DNA of 64,000 bases from the human T2T-CHM13v2.0 reference genome, Homo sapiens: NCBI RefSeq assembly GCF_009914755.1, contig NC_060936.1; one strand, 5' to 3'. Position 1 is the first letter of the stretch. Each line of letters starts with the position of its first letter. Positions 1 to 14,270 of the stretch are shown here, one piece after another. Position numbers and translations under genes: made by a program. Under the pieces are notes generated by a model. It did not search any database and had not been told where the DNA came from. It saw only the letters and a list, made by a program, of their open reading frames with translations.

Positions 1-599
1 GAACTGAAGTTGACATGTCCAGGGGTATTTGTTCTTTTATGGCCATGGGGATGTACTGTTGGTTCTTAGTTTCATTGATTGGTAGGAGAATACTGTCTGT
101 GGGAACAGCTCCACAGTTTGGGTAGTCATTGTGCTGGCTGTATGTTCTCCAAACTTATTTTCTACATACACATCCTCCAAATTCTGTGAGCTACCTTATA
201 CTTTATAGATTATACATTAGACATTATAGATTGCTTAGTCATATGTAACAAAAGTACAAAGAATAGCATGGAAGTAATCACCAATACAGAATATAGGGTA
301 TTTTAGGAATGGAGAAAGAGAAATGTGATAAGAAAGTGGTAAATACGATCTTTGACTAAATTGACACATGCTGTACTTATTGAGCTGCATACTGTTTATG
401 TCTATTGCAACATTTGAGCAACATCAGAGTGAAGTATAATATAAGGACAAACCTAGTAAACACAGAGCATTCCAGGAAGAAGAAACAGTAGGGATCAGAG
501 ATAGCAGGAATCATGCTTGTTCAATTTAAGAACAACTTTGAAGCCTGTGTGGCTGGCATGTACTAAACTAGAAAACAAAGTCAAACCAAAAGGCCAGAT

Positions 600-870
600 C
601 ACATAGGGTCTGTGGGTCAAAACAAAGCCTTTTAGATTAATGCATAGTGTAATGAAAACCCACTTCAGTATTTTCAACAGAGGAGCTTCTTGAGCTGACA
701 TTCGTTTTTAATGATCACTTTGCAATGGTGTGGAGAATATTACAGGGAGCCCTGTGGAAGGCAGTAGCAGTATTCCAAACTAGAGATGATGGTAGCTTGG
801 AGTTGGGTGATGGCTGTGGAGATGGTAAGAGTTGGGTAAATTCCTGTATATTTTGAAGATATTCCTCACA
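600..870 (-). mobile_element. L2 LINE fragment (ancient)
   Basis: tagagatgatggtagcttggagttgggtgatggctgtggagatgg...atattttgaagat resembles the antisense L2 3' body; boundaries approximate. Confidence 0.6.
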
Positions 871-994
871 GAAAATGGCACTCAAACTAAAGGGAAATAA
901 ATGGTTTAGTCAAAATACAGGATTGGAATATTGAGATATTCCCTACCTTGAGAGAGGATAAAATTTAAACCAAAGCAAATTGTAGATGGATTAA

Positions 995-2722
995 AAATTC
1001 AACGCAACCCCTATCAAAATACCAACAATGTTCTTCACAGAAACAGAAAAACATGATCCTGAAATTTATATAGAACACAAAAAACACAGAGTAGACAAAG
1101 CAATCCCAAGTAAAAGTAACAAAGCTAGAGGCATCACATTACCTGACTTCAAATTATACTACAAAATTATAGTAGCTATGACAAAATGGTACTGGTGTAA
1201 AAACAAACATATAGACCAATGGGATAGAATGGAAAACCCATCAGTAAATCTGCACATTTACAGTTGACATGTTTTCAAAAAAAGTTGCCAAGAACATACA
1301 TTGGAGAAAGGAGAGTTTCTTCAATAAATGGTGCTGGGAAAAGTGAATATCCATATGCAAACTAGACTCCTATCTCTCACCATATACAAAAATCAACTCA
1401 AAATGGATTAAAGACTTAAATCTAAGACCTGAAGCTATGAAGCTGCTAGATGAAAACATTGGGAAAGGATTCCAGGACATTGGTTTGGGCAAATATTTTT
1501 TGAGTAAGACCTCAAAATGATAGGCAACCAAAGCAAACATGAACAAATGGGATCACATCAAGTTTAAAGGTTTCTGCATAGCAAATGAAATCCTCAACAA
1601 TGTGAAAAGACAACTCACACACAGAATGGTAAAAAACATTTGTAAACTACTCATCTGACAAGGGATTATTAACCAGAACATGTAAGGAACTGAAACAATT
1701 CAACAGAAACAAAAATCTGATTAAAAAATGGGAAAATGATCTGAATAGACATTTGTCAAAAAGGAAAACCATACAAACAGCCAACAGGTATATTTTTTAA
1801 ATTCTCAACTTTACCAATCTTCAGAGAAATGCAAATTAAAACTATAATGAGACATAATCTCATCTCAGTTGAAATGGCTTTCATCCAAAAGACAAGCAAT
1901 AACAAATGTTGGAGAGAATGTGGAGAAAAGGGAACCCCTCCACAATGTTGGTGAGAATGTAAATTAGTACAGCCATTAAGTAGAACAGTATGAAGGTTCC
2001 TCACAAAAGTAAAATTAGAACTACCATATGATCCAGCAACCCCATTGCTGGGTATATATTTAAATAAAAGGAAATTAGTATGCTGAGGCGGTATCTGCAC
2101 TCCTGTGTTCACTGCAGTACTATTCAAAACAGCCAGGATATGGATCCAACTTATGTGTCTCTAAATGGATGAATGAATTAAAAAAGTGGTAAACATACAC
2201 AATGGAATATTATTAAGACATAAAAAGAATACAATCATGTCATATACAACAAAATGGATGGACTGAAGGATTTATGTTAAGTAAAATAAACCAAGTACTG
2301 AAAGGTAAACATTGCATATTCTCACTAACATGTGGGACCTAAAAAAAAATTGAACTAATGGAGCTAAAGAGTAGAATGATTTTTATCAGAGGCTAGGAAG
2401 AGGAGTAAGGAGGGGAGAATAGAAAGCGGTTGGTTAATGGGTACAAAAATACATTCAGATAGACTAAATAAGATCTAGCATTCACTAGCACCATATGGCA
2501 ACTATAATTAAAAATAATTTATTGTGTATTTCAAAATAACTAAAAGAGTAGATTGGAACATTCCTAGCATAAATAAATGATAAATTCTTAAGGTGATGGA
2601 TACCTCAGTCACTCTAATTTGATTATTATATTGTATGCTTGCATCAAATTATCTTGTGTACTCTATAATATGTGCAAGTTATGTACCCATAATAATTAAA
2701 AATTTTAAAATAAAAAATAAAA
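995..2722 (+). mobile_element. 5'-truncated L1MA-type LINE-1 (ORF2 3' end + 3'UTR), apparently inserted in an older L1M/L1ME relic
   Basis: ORF 1028-1267 gives L1 ORF2 peptide GITLPDFKLYYK...WYWCKNKHIDQWDRMENP; L1MA-style 3'UTR (ggttaatgggtacaaaaataca...aataagatctag) and A-rich tail; both flanks (~930-994 and ~2723-2870) read as a degenerate L1 ORF2 3' region. Confidence 0.9.
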
Positions 2723-4249
2723 GATTAGAATACAAAACAGAAAATTATAAAACAACACTGAAGATAATATGGTTGCATAAATAACTGATTTGGGGTCACA
2801 GAAAAACTTTCTGAGAAGAAATACAATAATAAAGGAAAAGATTATCACAGAGAAAATACTTAAAGTAAGAGTCAAATGCCAAATTTGTGAAAACATCTGC
2901 AAAACTTGAAATGTTAATGTGCCTAGTTACAGAAATCAGTTCTGATTTACCTGCTGAACCCCCCCACCCCCCACTGTACCAATTCCCTTGCTTTAATGAT
3001 TGATCTGTATTGATCTGGCCATCGTTTTTCTCTGTCCGCTTTATTTTCCTCCTTACCATTATTTAACTCTGTATTTAGCAAAGAAACCATGCTCTATTAT
3101 TTTAATTATTACCTCATAAATGTTTTCAACTCTCTCACTTGCTTTTTTTTTCTTTTCATGTTAATTCCATGGCACAACCATAACCTTAGAAAATCCAACC
3201 AATTACATGTCTTCAATTCATCAGTTGAGCATTTCTGGAGAAAATCACTCACACGTTAGGATAGATATAGCTCATTTTCATCACCACCCACAATAAATAA
3301 TCATGCAATAGTATATACCATTATGCAGCTCATTCTTCAATTAGCAATGTAGTTAGTAACAACATTCATAAAAGTCAATAAATCCAAGCATATGGATATA
3401 GGGCAGTATGAAGCAATTAACAAATCCACTATCCTAGCCATATGTTTTGATTCCAGTTTTCAGCTGTTGTTAAGAGGAAGGTGATGAGAAATCATGTATC
3501 GCTAAGTATTACTTCAGCAAAAATCCTTAGAATCGTGGAAATATGGGTCCAAGAGCATAAAATTTTTAAGGCTTCTTCTGAATTTCACAGTTTTATTCTC
3601 TTTCACAGAGGTGAGCAAGACTTCCCATATTACTTTTTGAGATGACTTCCTAATTTATAGATAAAAAATGCTGTTATCTCAAGTTACATTGCTTTATCTC
3701 AATTACTAATTATGTTTAATATTTTGCACGCTTACTTATACTATTTTAATTTGATAGTTTTTAATTAACAAATATTGCCTGATTTCTATTGCTTTGCTTA
3801 CTTCAATAAGGATGAGAATTTTCAAGTATGGAGAATGCTAAAAACATTGAGAAAAGATGTGATTATTGCTTCTCTCATACATGTATCTACTTTACAAATT
3901 TTTCTGCTAAAATATTTTACTTATAATTAGAAAAAATACTATTTAAGAAGAAATTCATTAGGGTTTCTTATATAAAGAAAACATTCTTTTGCAACTTAGT
4001 TTTTGGTGTTGCTATTACTAAAAATTTTGAAGATGAATTGAAAAATTAACCATTTAAAAAAGAGCAATTGCTAAAACATAGTGAAGGTTTTTATATAAAC
4101 TATAAAAATATAATCCTTGTACAAAATTCAAATTATTTAGATGTTATGACTATGTCTTGCATACAGTAAAGTAGGTCCCTTATATTTAAAGATATTGGTA
4201 TTTAAAAATTAAAATAACATATATCTATTACTTCCTACTTATATATGAA

Positions 4250-4252
<3 letters not shown>

Positions 4253-4280
<28 letters not shown>
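4253..4280. repeat. (AT)14 microsatellite
   Basis: direct read. Confidence 0.97.
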
Positions 4281-4283
<3 letters not shown>

Positions 4284-5878
4284 TTAATTAAACTTGAAGG
4301 TTCTAAGAAACAAGAATGAAAATGAACTCATAGAAGAAAGTTCACTAAGCAAGTAAGCAAAAAAAGTGCTTAGCCTCAACTTAGAATTGCAAAAAGAATA
4401 GAAAGGAATATGTACTTTCCACCTTTGCTCAGGTTCTATCTCTTAGTAATGTCATATAATCCTTGGAAACAGCCTGACAGGATTACGCAACACAAGTTCC
4501 CTCAAGTATTATTTCATTGCTCTTTGGGGTAACCAAACCTTACAGACTGTCAGCCAGCACTACGGTTTAAAAAGGACATTCCACAGTGAGTTAGAAGCTT
4601 GCTCTGACTTCACTATTTTATTCTGGGCCTTCTGAATGGGCTGTCAGTTTGAAGGTTACTAGACTTGGAGATAATTTAGACTATAATACAAAGCATGTCA
4701 GATAAATAAAACCTCTTAAAATTTCACTTTCCTCTAAAACTTGAGATATTGTTACCAAATTAGATTCAATATTGTGACTTGTGTGTTTACTAAACATACA
4801 TAAATAAATATATGTTTTCATTAACACACAGACATATATATGGTTTGTCTATTAACACTATAGTTGCTTTATAAATGTATTGCATTTGTAAATGTTTTGG
4901 TTCTCCCATTTTTTATTCTAAATCTCAGCAATTCATATGTTGACACCTGGCAGATATGGTTAGTTTTTAGAGTGACAAACATTTAGTAGCTAGGAGAGCT
5001 GGCCCTTCCTAAAGTCTGCTAAAACTTATCATTGACAGATTTTGCTTTGTCAATCATAAACCAGACACAGTCCCAGAATTCATTATCCATTGTACCATTC
5101 TAAAGAGATTGCTATTTTTTGTAGCATAGTCCTAAAATGACTCGATGCACTCATTTTAAAATCTTTTTTAAAAATATCACAACAAAAACCAGATCCTAGA
5201 AGTATGGAAAATGATTTAAAGATTTACTTGTAACTATCAAATGTATTCTCCAAGTAGGAATACTTTAAGTAAATGAAACAAAGGCAATTTATATTGTCCA
5301 AAAGCATGAAGAAAATCTCTGACCTAGATTATACAAATTTTTGGTTTTGGAGAACATTACAGATTTTATTTTCTCCCTAGCAAATATATTTTCCAATTAC
5401 ATCTTTAGGCTACTACTAATATAAATTTGCATCCTTTAGCATACCTGGTTATTGAAAGGGCTAGACAGATGGGAGGGACACACAGACAATTTTTCATTTT
5501 CCACTTCTTTCTTTCCTTCTCTAATCTCTCTTATCTTCAAAACTTTCCTTAATCTTTTTCACTCTGTTTATACCCCTTTGCTTTCTTTTTTCATGTTCAG
5601 TCTTTTATTCCTCTTTCATTCATTTATGTAAATATTTTCTACTTTATCTGGGGAAAATCTTTCTACCTTCTGACAAAATCTCAACCTTTGGTCCTTTTCG
5701 GTCAAACTGTTTTCTGTGCTTTATTAACAGTTTAGTGTCACACTGATCAACTTTGAGGGTGACATGTAGCATGAATCTAATAACAGTAGTGAATACTTTA
5801 AATAGTGAATGAACACTATCTATTAGAATGCAAGTTGCATGAGAGTAGGGATTTTTTTTTATTAAAAGTATATTCCTG

Positions 5879-6170
5879 GGCCAGGCGCAGTGGCTCAAGC
5901 CTGTAATCCCAGCACTTTGGGAGGCCAAGATGGGTGGATCACAAGGTCAGGAGTTGGAGACCATCCTGGCCAACATAGTGAAACCTCATCTCTACCAAAA
6001 ATACAAAAATTAGCAAGCTGTCGTGGCGCTCACCTATAGTCCTAGCTACTGGAGAGCCTGAGGCATGAGAATCCCTTGAACCTGGGAGGCGGAGGTTGCA
6101 GTAAGCCAAGATCGTGCCACTGCACAGTGTGGCCGACAGAGGGAGACTCTGTCTCAAAAAAAAAAAAAAA
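5879..6170 (+). mobile_element. AluS (Sc/Sg-like), full length
   Basis: ggccaggcgcagtggctca start, dimer, A15 tail; TSD aaaagtatattcct / aaaagcatattcct. Confidence 0.96.
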
Positions 6171-6309
6171 GCATATTCCTAATGTTTTAAAAGTTCCTAA
6201 GGTATGTAGAAAAAATCAGAAGAGTAGGAGAAAAGGAGTTTCAGATTTTGTTTGTTTAAAACAGTCCTGGATTGGGTCTTTTGATGATGCCAGGTTTCCA
6301 TTAAGGGAC

Positions 6310-6530
6310 CAGGGAAGTACAATGTTGACAAATGTGATACATGCTGTAGTAGAATCGTGTGCAGGGGATGAATGGGTGTCCTGGCATGGGAACTCTTAAA
6401 TCTGTCTAAAATAATGAGAAAGATGTCACAGGGAAAATAATATGTGAGTTGCATCTTGAAACGTGAATAGAAATTCATTGGCTATAGAAGGGAGAGGGGC
6501 ATACCAAGAAAGGAAAAAGCAAATACATTA
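6310..6530 (-). mobile_element. L2 fragment
   Basis: gtgagttgcatcttgaaacgtgaatag...ggggcataccaagaaaggaaaaagc resembles antisense L2. Confidence 0.45.
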
Positions 6531-6900
6531 TGGAATATTGGATAAGATTTTTCCTGATGCTCGAGGATTAGTAAATAGCACTCTCATTCTCTATTACCAA
6601 AGTTCACTGAATTCCAGCAGAGAAGACCTGCTATAATCTTCTTTTCCTTGCTCACTTCCAATTATATGAGGAAAGGGTGAGATTATGTGGCTATGGTGGT
6701 AAAAGTCACTGAGTTTTTAGATGGGTGGCAATGAAGCTTCTTGTATTCTCCATCTTGAAGATGTGGGAATGTGAGAGATTCTCAGGAAGAGTAGAAGCTG
6801 TGGAAGGAACCCACCAACATTCTCCAGATAGCAAAATGAGTTTGCAATCTACACGGAGAATTGCAAACTTCAATCCACTGAAGTATAGAAACATGACTTC

Positions 6901-6945
6901 TCCCATCCCAAAATCTTCCTTTGTCCCATCCCAAAATCTTCCTTT
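6901..6945. repeat. 23-bp tandem duplication (tcccatcccaaaatcttccttt x2)
   Basis: direct read. Confidence 0.9.
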
Positions 6946-7150
6946 CTCCCTATCCTCAAATATGGGGATGTGGAATCTAGAAGAAGAAAGAAAGCAAAGC
7001 AGTAAAAGAGCTGAATACTCCACTTTTCCAAGCAGAAGTTTGGTTTGCATTGAGTTTGGAGACCACTTTGGAATAGAATATAAGTTTAGAGATTAAACAG
7101 GAATGAATGAATTTTAAATGCAGAAAGTGACTGTGTATTTATATAATCTG

Positions 7151-8545
7151 ACCAAAACAGCATGCTACTGATACAAAAGCAGACACATAGGCCAATGGAA
7201 CAGACTACAGAACCTAGAAATAAGACTGCACACCTACAACCATCTCATCTTCAACAAACCTGACAAAAACAAACAAAGTGGGAAGGATTCTCTATGCAAT
7301 AAATGATGTTGGGGTAACTGGCTAGCCATATGCAAAAGATTAAAACTGAACCCCTTCCTTACACCACATACATAAATTAACTCAAAATGGATTAAAGGCT
7401 TAAATGGAAAACCCAAAACTATAAAAACTCTGGAAGGCAACCTAGGCAGTATGATTTAGGGCATAGGCATGGGCAAAAATTTCATGATGAAGATGGCAAA
7501 AGCAATTGCAACAAAAACAAAAACTGACAAATGGGATCTAATTAAACTTAGAGCTTCTAGACAGCAAATGAAACTATCAAGAGGGTAAACAGATAACCTA
7601 CATAATGGGAGAAAATTTTTACAAACTATGCACCTGACAAAGATCTAATGTCCAGAATCTATAACAAACTTAAACAAATTTACAAGGAAGACAACCAAAC
7701 AACCCCGTTAAAAAGTAGGCAAAGGACATGAACAGACACTTTTTAAAAGAAGACATACATGTGACCAACAATCATATGAAAAAAAGCTCAAAGTCATTGA
7801 TCATAACAGAAATGCAAATCAAAACCACAAGGAGATACCATCTCACACCAGTTAGAATGGCTATTAAAAAGTAAAAAAATAACAGATGCTGGAGAGTTTG
7901 TGGAGAAAAGGCAGCACTTATATACTGTTTATGAGAGTGTAAACTAGTTCAGCCATTGTTGAAAACAGTGTGGTGATTCCTCAAAGACCTAAAGACAGAA
8001 ATAACATTCAACCTAGCAATCCCATCTCTGGGTATATACCCAGAGAAATATAAATAATTCTATTATAAAGACACATGCATATGTATGTTCATTGCAGCAC
8101 TACTCACAATAGCAAAGGCATGGAATCAACCTAAACGCCCATCAATGATAGACTGCATAAAGAAAATGTGGGACATATACACCATGGAACACTATTCAGC
8201 CATAAAAAAGAATGAGTTCATGTCATTTTCAGGGACATGGATGGAGCTGAAGGCCATTATCCTTAGTGAACTAATGCAGAAACAGGAAATCAAATACTGC
8301 ATGTTTTCACTTATAAGTGGGAACTAAATGATGCGAACACATGGACAAATGGGGGGAACAACACAAACTGGGGCCTATCAAAGGGTGGAGGGTGGGAGGA
8401 GGGAGAGGATCCAGGAAAAATAACTAATGGGTACTATGCTTGGTACCTGGGTGAATAATCTGTACAACAAACCCCCATGACATAAGTTTACCTATGTAGC
8501 AAACCTGTACATATACCACTGAACTTGAAAGAAGAGTTAAAAGAA
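7151..8545 (+). mobile_element. 5'-truncated L1PA (L1PA13-16-like)
   Basis: ORF2 C-terminal peptide MFIAALLTIAKAWNQPK (8085-8327); 3'UTR gggtggagggtgggaggagggagaggat...aaaaataactaatgggtac typical of older L1PA. Confidence 0.92.
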
Positions 8546-8925
8546 AAGAAAGTGAAATTTGACCTATTTTAATTCAGGGCAAAGATTAGAAGAAACATAA
8601 ACTGGCCACAGTCATACTCTAATTAATTGAAATTACTCCAAAACTGGTATGTTAAATATGACATAACAAAGCAAAAAGGTAAAGATAGGACTAGAGCAGG
8701 CCCATTCCAAAGACAGTAAATACTTTGAAATGACTAGAAATCAGAGGATATCCTTGAGAATCCTGAGAGATGAACCAAGAAAGTTGGACAAGACCTTTTA
8801 TTCTATCTTTGGAATTTGAATTTTATTTTTTGGTGGAGAGTTCCTGAAAGGTGTTAAGTGTGCAAGTAATATGATCAGATTTCACTTTAAAAATATGTAA
8901 TGTCTGATAAATTTATTTTCACTAG

Positions 8926-9385
8926 TGTGAGAAACACAAATTTACCCACCCAAACCCAAATAATGGACTTGGAGACATGAAGAACAGCACAAGTGAGACT
9001 TTAATGGCGGTCTTGCAAGATCCGGTGTCTGGTAGGCAGGCACACCTGGGCCAGTTACAGTGTGTAATTTATCTCATAGCATGTAAGTCCCTCCCCTAGT
9101 TCGTCACTGGTGGAGTTCTTTGGGGTTACAATCTTCCCAGACGTCGCCTACGTTTCACTATCCCCACTATAAAGTTATACCCCGGTCCCCTTCCCTGCTT
9201 AACTTTGAATTTCCCAATAACAAAACTTTCTTGCCTTTAATGGGCTGACCCCTCCTCTACATTCTGCTCACTTTTCGTGACCTTCTAGGTGCATGAGCCA
9301 TGAGGTTTCTTACATCCGCTAGCTGGCTGCCAGTACTTAGATTTATCATGCCTTAAAAATTGACCATTTAAAATTTTTTTTCATA
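8926..9385 (-). mobile_element. Solo ERV LTR, LTR15-like
   Basis: ~460-bp GC-richer block starting tgtgagaaaca (minus-strand CA end); interior ggtcttgcaagatccggtgtctggtaggcaggcacacc matches my recollection of LTR15; family name uncertain. Confidence 0.7.
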
Positions 9386-9414
9386 ATCAGCCAATTTGGA
9401 ACCTGAATTAAATT

Positions 9415-9572
9415 TTAGAAGGAGGGAAAGGAGCCTAAAAGTTAACTGTTGGGTACTAGGCTTCATACCTGGGTGATGAAATGATATGTACAACAAATAT
9501 TTCTGACACATGCTTACCTGTGTCACAAACCTTCACATGCAGCACCAAACCTAAAATAAAATTTAAAAAAAT
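9415..9572 (+). mobile_element. L1PA15/16-like 3' tip
   Basis: gggtactaggcttcatacctgggtgatgaaatgatatgtacaaca...acctaaaataaaattt. Confidence 0.8.
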
Positions 9573-10176
9573 TTAGGAATGTATATTGTGTGAGATACAT
9601 TAATCATGATATCTATTAAGAAAATAGATATCATACAGCTTATGCAAAAATGAACAAGGAATTAGAAACTTAGTGCCTTTTAAGACTTTTCAGAGTAAAC
9701 ATCAGGAGAATAATGGAATTTTTTAAGGTAGAAATAAATACAAAGCAGGTAAAGGAAACAGGATATAATAACACTTACTTTGGAGCAAATAACCTATGTA
9801 ATTTACCAGAAATTAGAAGGCATATAGGTAAGATAAATATAACATTTATTGTCCAAAATGGGGGAACTTTTGAGAAAAAAAAAAGGAAAATCAATAATTA
9901 TGCTGAGGAAACATGGAAACTAGACCTATTCTTAGACAGCTGGATGTCTGGTCACTACATATAAGAGCCAAGCAAACATAATAAAGATGACTGTTAAGTT
10001 TGTACTACAGCAATGTGGAACCAGTGTTTTGTTTTCTACCAAAACAACACTTGGCTAAAACTAATGATGTATGAGAACTTAAAGATATAAAGAAACCAAT
10101 TCAGTATTCTCCATTAAAATCTAAGAAGGCCAGAAAGGCCTGAATAATCATAACACTGAGAAATCAAGAAAAGATG

Positions 10177-10303
10177 GGCCAGGCACGGTGGCTCATGCCT
10201 GCAACCCCAGCACTTTGGGAGGCTGAGGCAGGAGGACTGCTTGAGCCCAGGAGTTTAAGATTGAGACCAGCGTGGGCAACATAGCAACATAGCAAGACCT
10301 CAT
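10177..10303 (+). mobile_element. Alu left monomer (FLAM_C/AluJ-like)
   Basis: ggccaggcacggtggctca...cttgagcccaggag; internal 8-bp duplication gcaacata; no right arm. Confidence 0.88.
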
Positions 10304-10325
10304 CATTCTCATCGTTAGACATACA

Positions 10326-10328
<3 letters not shown>

Positions 10329-10365
<37 letters not shown>
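10329..10365. repeat. (AC)n microsatellite (~18 units)
   Basis: direct read. Confidence 0.95.
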
Positions 10366-10367
<2 letters not shown>

Positions 10368-10776
10368 TACAAATTCTGTGGCTAGTAAAATTGTGGTGGA
10401 ATCAAATAGAACTTAAGAATTATAACTTGAACTAAACTTGTATTGGTTGTGGATTTAAAGAAAAGGGGATGAATTGGGGAGATTTAATTGTTCAGTGTTG
10501 TATAATAATATGTGCTTTTGGAAACTGTAAGTTAAAGTTAAACATTTATTTACCTTTTCCCTTTTCTTATTCTTTGTTTTCTCTTCCTTAAGTTACAAGA
10601 CTTCTCAAAGCCTTAATTCAGTAATGCACATTACTCTAAGTGGAGAATATATTCTTTCGAAATATTTTATTTCAAAATATATTTTTCTTAGTACTCTTAT
10701 TATTACCTATAATGAGATTCCATAGAAAATATTTTTAATTGAAAAGGAAAATAAGGTACAAAAAGCAAAAAGATAG

Positions 10777-11152
<376 letters not shown>

Positions 11153-13194
11153 CAAGATTTCAATTTGATAGCACCCCCATTCCCCCTTTTTTGTAACACA
11201 GTTGAAGTCATAGAAGTGAATGAGAATATGAGAATACCAAGTAGAGTGATACAGGAGTGGAGAAGCCTACCGGCTAAATTATTGGGAAAGGGCACGTACT
11301 GGGAAGAAGAAAGTAATGTCTTAACACAAGGACTAATATAAAATCTAAGTGAGAAAAGTTTCAAGAAGGAATGTAGAATTAACTGAGTAAATCATTTTAG
11401 AAAACTAGACAAGAAGAAAAACTAATTAAAGGACATAACAGTAGGAGGTGTAGGAGTGGATAAAATTTATAGTTAGTATAGAAGAATTCATAGCATGGTC
11501 AAGTGAAGGTTCAGAAGATGGATAAAAAATTAGAGAGTGGGTGGAGGTCATATACACTAATATCAAATATTATTTTTATAACCCAATGGTAACTAATAGT
11601 CGATGACTCTTTAGGAAGGGTCAAGCAAGGCAAACAAACACACTAGGAACTTGTCCTGATATAACCCAAATATTAAATATATGTAGCATCCTATATATGC
11701 ATGAATTCAATTAATATATGAAATATATATGTCATTTATGGGATTGTGTATACACATTTATGCATATACACAATCATCACCAACTTGGAAATTGTGTATG
11801 TGTATATATACACAGATTATCTATGTGTATGTGTATGTGTATCTATCTATATATATACATAATTTTAAAGAAACACTTTTTCTAGTTTTCAAAATGAGTA
11901 TTATGAATATATTTGTAGACATATGTAGAAGAATAAGTATAGAGAAAAAATAAAAATGCGTGCAGTAGGAATTAACTATCCATACAAAGATCCAGCAAAA
12001 GTAATAGGCAATTTAATCAAGAACATAGCAAATATTAAGACAGAAAGGAATTATGAATTTCAACAAGCAGCAGTAAGAAATGGCTGAGATGGGACTAGGA
12101 AGAAAGTGAAGCTTGATTAAAATTTAACAGTATAATTCAAAAAGTTATTCATCATTGTTGAATAATTAATTTTTTATGAATGAAACATATTATGGAAAAT
12201 TAAAAACATCTTAAGCAAAAAGTGACATTTCTATAATTAATAATTAAAATAAATGTAATAATGATAGATAATCCAATTATGTGTATTCAGTAAAATATTA
12301 ATATATTAAGTTAATCTAGAAATATCTGCCATTAAATTTGTCTCTTTCTTTATTTTAAATCCCATTACCTATGTTATAAATATATTACACAAAGTATTCT
12401 TACTATTTTTCATAATAGTCTAATATTTCTGTATTCATACTCATTTAGATTCCTCCAAAACTCTTAAATTTTCTAACCTGTCTAAGATCTACAATTTTGT
12501 TCATATAATTTAAAGTTGTCTAGGAATAGGCAACATAATCTAAACATAGTCTTTTCATTTACAAATCAGGACTATATTCAGTATTACAATTTATTTTCTA
12601 ATACATAAGTAATGACAAAATAGATTGGTTGAATTAATATCAGTGATGCATTGTCATATCATAAGTTTCAAAAGAGCAAAATAAGAAAATTTTCTGTCAG
12701 TGCCAGGCTGGAAAAAAACAATATACGTCGTGTTGGTCTGTCTCAGGCATACTTCCAGTCAATGAATACAGAGAAAATTATATCCATTATAAGGTAGAAT
12801 TAACTTTTCCAGGCATTCCTGGTGTTTATTACATGAAATAGAGCTCTAATGTCCTATTCACTGCTTACCTGAAAAATAATTCATTTTAAATTAACATATC
12901 ACACTTGTCTTTTCCTTGGATCAATTTCCTATTAGTATAATTTATTTTATTTATAGACTACCATTAATAGAGTGAACTCTTATTCTGAACTGAAGATTCA
13001 CACTGTAATTCATATAAATATGCCTATATTTTCTCACATAAACTCAAAAATTTCATTTTAATGACAAGTTTTGTCATGAACTCATAAAAGATTACAGGGG
13101 CTTTTACACTAACACAATTCAATTTATGTTTGGATATGTTTAGAGAGTGAGAGAAGACCAGATTGATAAAATAAATTTTATAAAAGCAAAAATA

Positions 13195-13643
<449 letters not shown>

Positions 13644-14049
13644 CTAAAGTTATTTAAATTCAATATTATTTTGAAAAAGAAAATATACCAAGATCTGGAT
13701 AGTCATGAGAAGCTTTCATGATAGGTTGAGCTTGAACCAATAACTTAACCTATAAATTGATTTACTGTGGCATGTGTATGTACACTCAACACCAGTCAGT
13801 CTACCTATGAACACCAGAAGTTGAAGTCACCTGAACTTGAACCTCTGAAATTTTTAATGCCAATGTACTGTCTCCAGTCAAACACTTCTCTTATATCAGT
13901 CATTCCACTAAATGTGTCTTGGGATATCTGAACTTCCACTTTATTAAAACTTCTAAAGAAATACTCTAAGTGAAGCAGTGTAATAATTAACATAGTTGTT
14001 TTTAGGTGTTTACTAGAGTTTCTTCGGCATTTTGATGGGTTGTATAATT

Positions 14050-14270
14050 ACTGAAACCCTATGGCTTAATTTTAAATATTGACTTGGCCATTTACTAACT
14101 GCCAGATACTGGTTAAACTGCTTAGTCTATCTGAACTTCTCTTCTTACTTGTAAATTAAGGATTATAGTAGTAACTACTTCAGTAAATGGGCTTAAATTA
14201 TGTAAAACCCATAGAAGAGGACCCTGCAAATAATAATTAGAATATATACTGAATGTTCACTACTATTACT
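14050..14270 (+). mobile_element. MIR SINE
   Basis: MIR core-like ccatttactaactg...tatctgaacttctcttcttacttgtaaattaaggattatagtagta. Confidence 0.65.

Noticed and set aside
6706-7096. Overlapping 114-aa and 123-aa ORFs on opposite strands
   Set aside because: No recognisable domain, includes a frame-breaking-size 23-bp duplication, no convincing splice context
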